In this document: piece after piece, positions 29,601-37,544 of the stretch
Layout of the letters: every line of letters starts with the position of its first letter
Numbering within the stretch: position 1 is the first letter of the stretch
Virus record (IMG/VR): IMGVR_UViG_3300022183_000017
Location: 1 to 41,929 of that record
Strand: one strand, 5' to 3'
Length of the DNA: 41,929 bases
Origin: a virus
Lineage: Duplodnaviria > Caudoviricetes
The notes under the pieces: model-generated
Databases searched by the model: none
What the model was told of the DNA's origin: nothing
What the model saw: the letters and a program-made list of their open reading frames with translations, nothing else
Translations under genes and position numbers: made by a program

Positions 29601-30070
29601 TCGACGACGTAATAGCCCTAATGCTTAAATCCGATCTGCACAGAGACTGGTACGTCCACGATCTGGAGCGGCTGGTACTGCCCGCCATCGAAGCAAAGAA
29701 GATGACGGTCGTGTACGAAGACAAGCTGACATCTAAGACGGCAATCTATCCGCGGCCCACGGGCCTATTCTCCCATGCTTTTTTGACGGAAGAAGCCTCA
29801 GAGGGTTATGAAAACGGCACACGTAAGTTGCAGCCAGAAGACTGGTTTTACGGACCGCGTCATGGTAAGCTCTATGTCATAGACTTCATAGCGCCGTATC
29901 AGAACGCTCTTAAAATAGGTAGATTTGCACAACAGGAACTGACGGGCCGTTACATTGAAGTCTATCCATACGATGGAGCGACGTTTTTGCGTCAGATGAA
30001 TGGTAAGAAAAAAGGGTACGCTACTGGCGTACAGGAAGACATCGTAGGACGGAGACATAGCTGTGTATAA
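29597..30070 (+). CDS. RTX toxin-activating lysine acyltransferase-like protein (HlyC family)
   Basis: LM.KS.LH catalytic motif, LVLPAI, P.G..S.AFL, L.PEDW..G, LYVIDFIAPY match HlyC/CyaC signature positions. Confidence 0.8.
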   Translation: MIDDVIALMLKSDLHRDWYVHDLERLVLPAIEAKKMTVVYEDKLTSKTAIYPRPTGLFSHAFLTEEASEGYENGTRKLQPEDWFYGPRHGKLYVIDFIAPYQNALKIGRFAQQELTGRYIEVYPYDGATFLRQMNGKKKGYATGVQEDIVGRRHSCV

Positions 30071-30662
30071 AAAGCGTTGGTATGACGGCCTCAATGACAT
30101 TTATGAGGGCAAAAACGAGTTTGAAATTAAGTTTGGCTGTTTTGGTGGTGACGGTGGGTCCGGCGGCGGAAGTAAAAGTGCGGAAGAGTCTCCTCCAGAT
30201 AAGGCAGAAGTGTTGGGTCAAGTGAACACTGCCGCGCAGCAATCAATGGCCTCAAAAGCAGAAATACAAGATTTTCAAAATAAAGTAGCTGCCGGTCTTT
30301 TTAATAGTCCACCTGCTGCCGCTCCACCTTCTGCCGCTCCACCTTCTGCGGCACAATTAGCTAGTTATGGGCCTACTTCTTCGACCGAACAAAACGTATC
30401 GGGGTTATCGGGACTGTCTGGTCTTTCCGGGTTTAATAATACGACAGCAGGGGTAAATACAAGTTCTCCAACAAACACTCAAGATGTTACGGCACAAGCT
30501 ACTGATATTAGCAATCCACTGGGTGTTAACATAGGTGGGTTTAATGTTGCGCCGGGTATGGTGGGGAACGCGCCGGGTTTAATCGGGACTATAGAGTTCG
30601 CTCAAGGTGGTGCTGTAAATCAAGGCATTGGAAGCGTGTTCCCTTATCCCAGACGGCGCTAA
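30063..30662 (+). CDS. Low-complexity protein, candidate virion protein / acyltransferase substrate
   Basis: GTG start with GGAG SD; KFGCFGGDGG, AAPPS repeat, C-terminal FAQGGAVNQGIGSV. Confidence 0.7.
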   Translation: MYKKRWYDGLNDIYEGKNEFEIKFGCFGGDGGSGGGSKSAEESPPDKAEVLGQVNTAAQQSMASKAEIQDFQNKVAAGLFNSPPAAAPPSAAPPSAAQLASYGPTSSTEQNVSGLSGLSGLSGFNNTTAGVNTSSPTNTQDVTAQATDISNPLGVNIGGFNVAPGMVGNAPGLIGTIEFAQGGAVNQGIGSVFPYPRRR

Positions 30663-32107
30663 ACCAGCCACGCCCTAACCTCCTCTCCAAGCACTTTACC
30701 GGCTAAGTCAATCTTACCGCGCAGCGCTTCTAGTATTTTTTCGTCAATGGTTCCCGGTGACACAAGATCAATATAAGTGACTTTATTTTTCTGACCAATA
30801 CGGTGCGCCCTGTCTTCCGACTGTAGGCGTATTTCCAAATCATAGCTGTTGCTATAATATATCATTGTGTTAGCCGCGGTCAGGGTGATCCCGTAGCCCC
30901 CTGTCCGCGGTTGACCGACAAAGAAACGAAGCGGGCTGTCTTTGTCCTGAAACTTGTTGACAATCTCCTGCCGATCATCTTGCGGTGTAGCTCCGTAATA
31001 GGTTGCGACCGCTTCGGGCCCAAAGCGGTCGCGCAGGGCCTGAGATATCTGTTGAATGTCGTGTGTATACGACGCCCAAATGATAGCTTTTCCCTGTAAC
31101 TCATCTGTTATCTCTAACAATTCCTTCAGCCGGTTGTTATCCAGCGCCTGTATTTCCCCTTCGTCGGGCTGCAAAAAACCGCAACATATCTGTTGAAGGC
31201 GCATAATCTGCGTCAAAACACTGGTCGTAGTGGCAAGTTTCCCAATTTCTAGTTCGGCTAACGCCAGTTTTTTCATCTGTTTATAAACACGTGTTTGCTC
31301 TTCAGTTAGTTCAACATCACGCCGGATATACATCTTGTCTGGAAGGTCAAGGCAGTGCTCTTTCAGAACACGGTTGCTAAACAAGTCCAGCTTTAGGTTA
31401 AGCTCATCAAGCCTTCTATAGCCTACAATTTCTTGAAAAGCGCGGGACCCCATACTTCTTTTTTGCACCAGAGCATAACGGTTTTGAAAAGAATAGTAGC
31501 TGTTAAAACCTAAAGCGTTTGCCGACAAGAACGCACACTGGCTGAACAAATCCATTGGGGATTTAGTGATAGGAGACCCCGTCAAGATACGCTTATATAA
31601 TGCCTCTTTAGACAGCATCATCACATTCTTTGTACGATTGGCCTTGCGATTTTTAATCGTCGTGCTCTCATCCACAATCATTATGTTAGCCGGGTTTTTA
31701 CAAAGAAAAGCATACGCAGCTTTTGTGCCCCGCGGCGTAGAAAGAGCTTCGATATTCATTACAAATATTTTTAGCCCAACAAAAGGCTCGTACACCAACT
31801 CTTTCATTTCTTCTTGGAATTTTTTAGACGTTGATGGAGACCAACGCACAATGCTCCGCTTTATGTCGTCCGGCAAGTGCGTAGGTATTTCTCCTTGTAC
31901 CCAGTTGTCATACACCCCTTTAGGCGCTAGTATCAATGCCGCACCCACCTTCTTGGCTTTATATAAGACACCCATAGTGTCGATAGCCACTTTGGACTTA
32001 CCTGTTCCCATCTCCATGAACAGCGCATAATAGTCCGCGGCCCACGAATCTTGTAAGGCGCGACGCTGGTGATCAAAAGGCTCAGTTTTAAATTTATATT
32101 CCCGCAT
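30659..32107 (-). CDS. SNF2-family helicase/translocase
   Basis: MEMGTGKS (I), DEST (II), LTGSP (III), GGYGITLTAA (V), QSEDRAHRIGQ (VI). Start placed at ATG 32107, which has an AAGGAG SD. Confidence 0.92.
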   Translation of the reverse strand: MREYKFKTEPFDHQRRALQDSWAADYYALFMEMGTGKSKVAIDTMGVLYKAKKVGAALILAPKGVYDNWVQGEIPTHLPDDIKRSIVRWSPSTSKKFQEEMKELVYEPFVGLKIFVMNIEALSTPRGTKAAYAFLCKNPANIMIVDESTTIKNRKANRTKNVMMLSKEALYKRILTGSPITKSPMDLFSQCAFLSANALGFNSYYSFQNRYALVQKRSMGSRAFQEIVGYRRLDELNLKLDLFSNRVLKEHCLDLPDKMYIRRDVELTEEQTRVYKQMKKLALAELEIGKLATTTSVLTQIMRLQQICCGFLQPDEGEIQALDNNRLKELLEITDELQGKAIIWASYTHDIQQISQALRDRFGPEAVATYYGATPQDDRQEIVNKFQDKDSPLRFFVGQPRTGGYGITLTAANTMIYYSNSYDLEIRLQSEDRAHRIGQKNKVTYIDLVSPGTIDEKILEALRGKIDLAGKVLGEEVRAWLV

Positions 32108-32117
32108 GTTTTTTCTC

Positions 32118-32160
32118 CTTGACACTGAGATAATATAAGCATATATATGACAATGTCAAG
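32118..32160. promoter_or_regulatory. Overlapping divergent sigma70 promoters
   Basis: Plus strand: TTGACA (32119-32124), 17 bp, TATATA. Minus strand: TTGACA (32159-32154), 18 bp, TATTAT. CTTGACA...TGTCAAG form an inverted pair. Confidence 0.8.
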
Positions 32161-32191
32161 ACCGGAAACGAGTCTTTAAAAGGAGATTGCG

Positions 32192-32770
32192 ATGAGCAAT
32201 ATATTTGACCAAATGGAAGCTGACTTTGAAGAGAAGATGGCTACCTCAGTTGAAAAACTGGACCAAGGCGACTTAACTACAGTTGCTGGAATGGCGAGAG
32301 CAATCCGTGACAAAGAGGCAGAGGTTAACGAACTTGAGCAAAAGCTCAAGAACGAAAAACGCGCCTTGATGAAATTGACGGATGAGGATTTGCCAACAAT
32401 GCTAGCCGAAATTGGTTTGACTAGCATGAAACTTGATGATGGCTCAGAGGTTACCATCAAGCCGCAGTATGGAGCTAACATCCTTGTGGACAACAGACCG
32501 GCGGCTTACGAGTGGCTTCGGGAGAACGGGTATGACGACATCATTAAAAATACGGTTGCGTGTACGTTTGGCCGAGGGGAAGACGACAAAGCGTCGGCTT
32601 TCAAGTCCTTTGCCGAAAAAGAAGGTTTCTTTGCGGAGCAAAACACGGGTATCCACCACACGACGCTTCGTGCCTTTGTCAAGGAACGTATTGAAAATGG
32701 TGACGACTTCCCAATGGAGTTATTCGGAGCCTATGTCGGACAACGAGCTATTATTAAGAGGAGCAAATAA
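32192..32770 (+). CDS. Conserved phage replication-module protein
   Basis: Coiled coil, LP.ML...G, A.EWLR.NGYDDIIK, IH..TLRAFVKE motifs; AGGAG SD. Confidence 0.8.
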   Translation: MSNIFDQMEADFEEKMATSVEKLDQGDLTTVAGMARAIRDKEAEVNELEQKLKNEKRALMKLTDEDLPTMLAEIGLTSMKLDDGSEVTIKPQYGANILVDNRPAAYEWLRENGYDDIIKNTVACTFGRGEDDKASAFKSFAEKEGFFAEQNTGIHHTTLRAFVKERIENGDDFPMELFGAYVGQRAIIKRSK

Positions 32771-32771
32771 A

Positions 32772-33563
32772 ATGGCTGAAAAGAAAAACGAAGTAGCCGA
32801 AAAGAAATCTGCTGAAATTATCCAGTTTGACCCAACAATGTTTGAAGATGACGCTGGTGTCGGATTGGAGAACATGGGCCAAGACGATCTTGCACTACCG
32901 TTCTTGAAGATTCTGGGCGGCATGAGTAAGGAGCTAGACACCTTAGAGGAAGCCCGTAAAGGCGATATCTTCAACACTGTCTCTGGGCAGGTGTCGAGGG
33001 GCAAGGACGGATTAAAAGTAATTCCGGTAGCCTACCAGCGACGGTTCATCCAATGGGCACCGTTGGGCGAGGGGACAGGGGCTCCTGTGGCGGTATACTC
33101 TCCGGGAGAGGCAATGCCGAAAACCAAACGCGATGCAACGGATCATCGTGAATACGTCCAAGACGGATCGGGTCAGTACATTGAAGAAACTCATCAGCAC
33201 TACGTTATCGTGCTACATGAGGACGGGGCCGCCGAAACTGCGCTAATCGCAATGAAGTCAACGCAACTCAAGAAGTCCAGAAAATGGAACAGCATGATTT
33301 CTTCGTTGACCATGCAGGGCAAGAACGGGCCGTTTACGCCGCCACGTTTTAGCCACGTCTACAACTTGAAGACGACCTTGGAAGAAAATAGCAAGGGTAG
33401 CTGGCACGGCTGGGAAGTAAGCCGCATTGGACCTGTTCAGGACATGTCGATCTACAACCGTGCAAAGGACTTTGCCAAGAGCATCACTGACGGCGAAGTT
33501 GTTGTAAAGCATCAGGACGAAACCGCGGGCGGAGCCGGAAGCTCTGACGACGTACCGTTCTAA
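32772..33563 (+). CDS. Putative single-stranded DNA-binding protein
   Basis: Start at ATG 32772 (GAGGAG SD); DL.LPFLKI, MKSTQLK.S.KWN, N.KGSW; acidic DDVPF C-terminal tail. Confidence 0.7.
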   Translation: MAEKKNEVAEKKSAEIIQFDPTMFEDDAGVGLENMGQDDLALPFLKILGGMSKELDTLEEARKGDIFNTVSGQVSRGKDGLKVIPVAYQRRFIQWAPLGEGTGAPVAVYSPGEAMPKTKRDATDHREYVQDGSGQYIEETHQHYVIVLHEDGAAETALIAMKSTQLKKSRKWNSMISSLTMQGKNGPFTPPRFSHVYNLKTTLEENSKGSWHGWEVSRIGPVQDMSIYNRAKDFAKSITDGEVVVKHQDETAGGAGSSDDVPF

Positions 33564-33569
33564 ACAGTT

Positions 33570-33605
33570 GGGGTGGCGTTATAGCGTCGCCCCTTCCTTG
33601 CTTTT
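33570..33605 (+). terminator. Hairpin / weak terminator between ssb and primase
   Basis: GGGGTGGCG-TTATAG-CGTCGCCCC followed by interrupted TTCCTTGCTTTT. Confidence 0.5.
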
Positions 33606-33614
33606 GGGGGCATC

Positions 33615-35156
33615 ATGTCTGTAGAAAAGTTTTCTGCCATATTTGATGGGTTAGCGTTAGCCTATGGCACATATAAAATTGAAAAGACGCAGTCTAACGG
33701 AAAGAACACCGGTAAAGCCACCATTGTGCGCGAACCGCGGACCACGGCTCTATGGGAAGGTCACCTTTCCGGCAAAGGACAGGGTATAGGAATTGTACCT
33801 ATTAACGAAGATAACATGTGTGTTTGGGGGTGCGTGGACGTTGATCAGTACCCGCTGGACCACAAGCTTCTTGTGGAGAAAATACGGAAGCTCAAGCTGC
33901 CTCTTGTTGTGTGCCGATCAAAATCCGGCGGGGCGCATTGTTTTTTGTTTACCACGGCTCCTGTAGACGCAAAGGATATGCAGGCTACGTTGCAGAATAT
34001 ATCGGCGGCACTGGGTTATGGCGGCAGTGAGATATTCCCAAAGCAGGTAAAACTTAATCTAGACCGCGGGGACGTTGGTAACTTCTTAAACCTTCCATAT
34101 TATGATGCTGAAGACGGCCTGCGCTACGCAATTAAAGACGACGGTACATCCGCTACGTTGCAGGAATTTTTTGATTTATATGAAACGTATAAGCAAACAA
34201 CCGAACAGATAATAACACTTCAGCTAGACGAGCAACAGGAGAGCACTCCGATAAAAGACGGGCCGCCCTGCTTGCAGATTTTGGCTAAGAGCAAGATATC
34301 TGAAGGTGGGCGTAACAACGGTCTTTTTAATCTGGGCGTATACCTAAAGAAGGCATACCCCGACAGTTACGAGTCAGAATTACTCACCTATAACATGACG
34401 TATTTAGACCCGCCGTTACCGTTGAGCGAGGTTAATATTGTAGCAAAGCAGCTAGACCGAAAGGACTATGCTTATAAATGTGCGGATGCGCCGATTAGTT
34501 CACATTGTAATAAAGAGCTTTGCCAGACCAGAAAACACGGCATCGGGGCCGCGGCCCTTGGCGCTTCTATAGCTAATTTGCGTAAGTATAATTCCAACCC
34601 GCCCGTGTGGTTCTTGGACGTAAACGGAGAGCCGTTAGAGTTAGATACCGAAGCTCTAATGAGTCAGCCCGTATTTCAGAAGGCTTGTATGGAGCAGCTA
34701 AACTTTATGCCGCGCAGTGTAGCCAAGCCTGTATGGGAAGGGCGCATTGGCGGTCTTTTGTCGGAGATGAGCGACAACGAAAGCGCCATCATAGAGGTTG
34801 CAGAAGACGCCAGCATTAGCGGCCAGTTCTACGATTACTTAGAAGAGTTTTGCGTCCATCTACAAAAAGCGAACGATAAAGAAGAAATATTGCTCAAGCG
34901 TCCTTGGACAGATGATGAAGCAGGGATCACGTTGTTCCGGCTAAAAGATTTTGAAAACTTCCTAAAGCGTAACAAGTTCTTTGAGTACAAGGCTCATAAG
35001 ATAGCTCAACGTCTACGGGATCGTGGCGGAGAAAGTAGGGTGATTAAAATTAAAGGCAGACCCGTTAGAGTCTGGCAAATACCTTCTTTCGACACAGCGG
35101 AAATTGAATTTGCAACACCCAGCTTTGGCGGGGGACAATCGGAGGCACCTTTTTAA
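33615..35156 (+). CDS. DNA primase (AEP superfamily, PriCT-type domain)
   Basis: GIGIVP, CVDVD (DxD), RSKSGGAH, LNLPY; PPCL...EGGRNNGLF (PriCT); Cys/His cluster. Confidence 0.8.
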   Translation: MSVEKFSAIFDGLALAYGTYKIEKTQSNGKNTGKATIVREPRTTALWEGHLSGKGQGIGIVPINEDNMCVWGCVDVDQYPLDHKLLVEKIRKLKLPLVVCRSKSGGAHCFLFTTAPVDAKDMQATLQNISAALGYGGSEIFPKQVKLNLDRGDVGNFLNLPYYDAEDGLRYAIKDDGTSATLQEFFDLYETYKQTTEQIITLQLDEQQESTPIKDGPPCLQILAKSKISEGGRNNGLFNLGVYLKKAYPDSYESELLTYNMTYLDPPLPLSEVNIVAKQLDRKDYAYKCADAPISSHCNKELCQTRKHGIGAAALGASIANLRKYNSNPPVWFLDVNGEPLELDTEALMSQPVFQKACMEQLNFMPRSVAKPVWEGRIGGLLSEMSDNESAIIEVAEDASISGQFYDYLEEFCVHLQKANDKEEILLKRPWTDDEAGITLFRLKDFENFLKRNKFFEYKAHKIAQRLRDRGGESRVIKIKGRPVRVWQIPSFDTAEIEFATPSFGGGQSEAPF

Positions 35157-35407
35157 TGTTAAAAGCAGATGGTTTTAATGATGCGTTTATTGGTGTGGCA
35201 AGCAGAAGCGGCCAGCCGGATATAATCGCCTACGACTTTGATAGATGTGTCGCGGTCCTATGCGAACGGGACCGCATGGAGTTCGACGAAGCAGTGGAGT
35301 TTATGTACTTCAATGTCGTAGACGCTTGGGTTGGCGACGAAACCCCTATTTTTGTAAAGCTAATGGGCAGCATAGAGGATATTACCGATGAAGAACACGG
35401 CGCGTAA
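35156..35407 (+). CDS. Conserved small acidic phage protein
   Basis: ADGF.DAFIG...EA.EF..FNV..AWVG..TPIF. Confidence 0.75.
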   Translation: MLKADGFNDAFIGVASRSGQPDIIAYDFDRCVAVLCERDRMEFDEAVEFMYFNVVDAWVGDETPIFVKLMGSIEDITDEEHGA

Positions 35408-35807
35408 TGAAGAAGTTTACCACAAGCGTGTGGTAGAAAAACGTACCCTGCAATCTGTGGCAGATGAATATGGTATCACGCGCGAGCGTGTCAGGCAGAT
35501 TGTAGCAAAGATAGATAAGAAAGCTTTGTGGGAAGCAGCCCGCGCATCACGGCCCTCTCCGCCTAGAACAATGAAAGATATCTGGTGGAGCCGACGCACT
35601 TACAATTGCCTTTATAACGAAAACCTATTGCAATTTAGCCCTGACGATTTTGTAGAGCACATGAGCCACCACAGATTAATGTGCCGGATCCCAAACATGG
35701 GTAAAAAAACTGTAGAAGAAATTTGTAAAAGGCTGGAAGAAAATGGACAACAAGATATTTCGCATTTACGGTCCGCCCGGAACGGGGAAAACCACCGCGC
35801 TTCTTAA
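35388..35807 (+). CDS. Sigma70 region-4 HTH fused to RNA polymerase alpha-CTD-like domain
   Basis: TLQSVADEYGITRERVRQI (sigma R4) and SRRTYNCL...IPNMGKKTVEEI (alpha-CTD pattern SVR..NCL...PNLGKKS..EI). Confidence 0.75.
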   Translation: MKNTARNEEVYHKRVVEKRTLQSVADEYGITRERVRQIVAKIDKKALWEAARASRPSPPRTMKDIWWSRRTYNCLYNENLLQFSPDDFVEHMSHHRLMCRIPNMGKKTVEEICKRLEENGQQDISHLRSARNGENHRAS

Positions 35808-37269
35808 CAAAGTGGATGAGGCTCTGTCTCGTGGTGTAGACCCCGCGCATATCGGCTACTTTGCTTTTACCAAACAGGCGGCTAACGAAGCCATTGAACG
35901 CGCTTGTACTAGGTTTAACTTCGAGCCTGTTCAGTTGCCGTGGTTTAGAACGCTGCATAGTTTTGCGTTAAAGCTGTCGGGCATTCGGCCCGAACAAGTT
36001 ATGCAGCCGGAGCATTATAAAGAGTTGGGGCATGAAATCGGATATGACCTTGTCGGCAATAGAAACGGCCTTGGCGGGGAAGAAACTTTCGACCTAAACA
36101 AAAACAACAACCCAATAATCAGCCTGTTGAATTTAGCTAGGCTCCGCAAAGTTGATCTTCGCCAACAGTATGACGAAAGCGGATTAGACGACCCGTGGTC
36201 CACGGTGAAGTATGTGTCAGACTGCATGACTAAATATAAGAACCGGTTTGATCTGTACGATTTTACCGACATGCTGGACGTGTTTGTACGAGACGGCGCA
36301 CAATTCTGTCCACGACTAGCAATTACTTTTATTGACGAAGCGCAAGACCTATCACCTTTGCAGTGGGACGTAGCGCACGTTTTAGAAAAGCATTCCGACC
36401 GCATCTATTGCGCGGGAGACGACGACCAAGCTATTTATCGCTGGGCCGGTGCAGACGTAGAACATTTTATCGGACTGAATGGTGGTTACGAGGTGCTAGA
36501 GCAATCTTACCGCGTACCAGCGTCCGTACATCCATTAGCTGAAGGCATTGCTAAACGCATTAAACGTCGCGTAGCAAAAACCTACTTGCCTAAACTGGAC
36601 CACGGCTCCGTGCAGCGGATACCTACCACCGGATATATTAGTTTTGAGAAAGGTTCGTGGCTCGTGCTAGCCCAAGCTAATTATTTCTTAGACGCCGCTG
36701 CCCAAGACTTAAAAAGTCGCGGGTTTCTGTTTAACCGTAACGGGAATCGGTCAATATCAGAGAAACTGAGTGAAGCCATCAATGGATGGGAACAACTACG
36801 TAAGGGTCAAAGAATTACAGGAGAGGCTGCACGAGCCATTTACAGTTATATGTCAGTTGGCGACAGAGTCAAGCGCGGATTTAAAAAATTGCCTGCTTTA
36901 GATGATGATGAAACAGCTAACCTTAACGAGTTGCAACAAAACCACGGCCTAAAAGCCACTATAGAAATGATATGGCATGAGGCTATGGATAAAATTCCTA
37001 GCGGTGAACGTGCGTACATCACGGCTCTTTTGCGGCGCGGCGAGAAATTTAATGCCATTCCACGTATTGCGCTGTCCACGATCCACGGCTCTAAGGGCGG
37101 CGAAGCCGACAATGTTGTGCTATACACCGACTTGTCTCCCGCAGCGCAAAAAGCTTCAGAGGCAGCACCTGATGATTTACACCGAGTGTTTTATGTAGGG
37201 GTCACTCGTACTAAACAAAACCTTTATTTAATTGAACCTGAAGATATGAACCGGAGTTATTGGATATAA
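35743..37269 (+). CDS. UvrD/Rep-like superfamily 1 helicase
   Basis: GPPGTGKT, AFT..AA.E, TLHS, IDEAQDL, GDDDQAIY.W, QSYR, TIHGSKGGEADNV, YVGVTR. Confidence 0.93.
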   Translation: MDNKIFRIYGPPGTGKTTALLNKVDEALSRGVDPAHIGYFAFTKQAANEAIERACTRFNFEPVQLPWFRTLHSFALKLSGIRPEQVMQPEHYKELGHEIGYDLVGNRNGLGGEETFDLNKNNNPIISLLNLARLRKVDLRQQYDESGLDDPWSTVKYVSDCMTKYKNRFDLYDFTDMLDVFVRDGAQFCPRLAITFIDEAQDLSPLQWDVAHVLEKHSDRIYCAGDDDQAIYRWAGADVEHFIGLNGGYEVLEQSYRVPASVHPLAEGIAKRIKRRVAKTYLPKLDHGSVQRIPTTGYISFEKGSWLVLAQANYFLDAAAQDLKSRGFLFNRNGNRSISEKLSEAINGWEQLRKGQRITGEAARAIYSYMSVGDRVKRGFKKLPALDDDETANLNELQQNHGLKATIEMIWHEAMDKIPSGERAYITALLRRGEKFNAIPRIALSTIHGSKGGEADNVVLYTDLSPAAQKASEAAPDDLHRVFYVGVTRTKQNLYLIEPEDMNRSYWI

Positions 37270-37544
37270 TGAAACGTGAAGAAATTTTAGATACCGCAGG
37301 CGACCTGATTAACGGCGACCGCGCAAAAGATTACGGCGACGCACACCGGAACTTTCAAGATATCGCGAAGCTCTGGTCCGTTGTATTAGGGCAAGAAGTA
37401 ACGGAGCAACAGTTTGTGCTTTGTATGATTATGGTAAAGTCCGCCCGCTTGATGAAGACCGACCACGAAGACTCGTGGATCGACATCTGTGGCTATGCTG
37501 CGTTGGGCGGCGAAAAACCTATTTCTGATACGGAACTTTTCTAA
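37269..37544 (+). CDS. DUF6378-like protein
   Basis: A..LI.GDR..DYG....F..IA.LW and DSW.D.CGYAA motifs; start at TAATG overlap. Confidence 0.75.
   Translation: MKREEILDTAGDLINGDRAKDYGDAHRNFQDIAKLWSVVLGQEVTEQQFVLCMIMVKSARLMKTDHEDSWIDICGYAALGGEKPISDTELF

Noticed and set aside
30317-30348. 15-bp tandem repeat
   Set aside because: Encodes a low-complexity AAPPS linker; no further signal.
32433-32771. N-terminal extension of the SSB-like ORF
   Set aside because: Overlaps gene 32192 in another frame; the SD-supported start is 32772.
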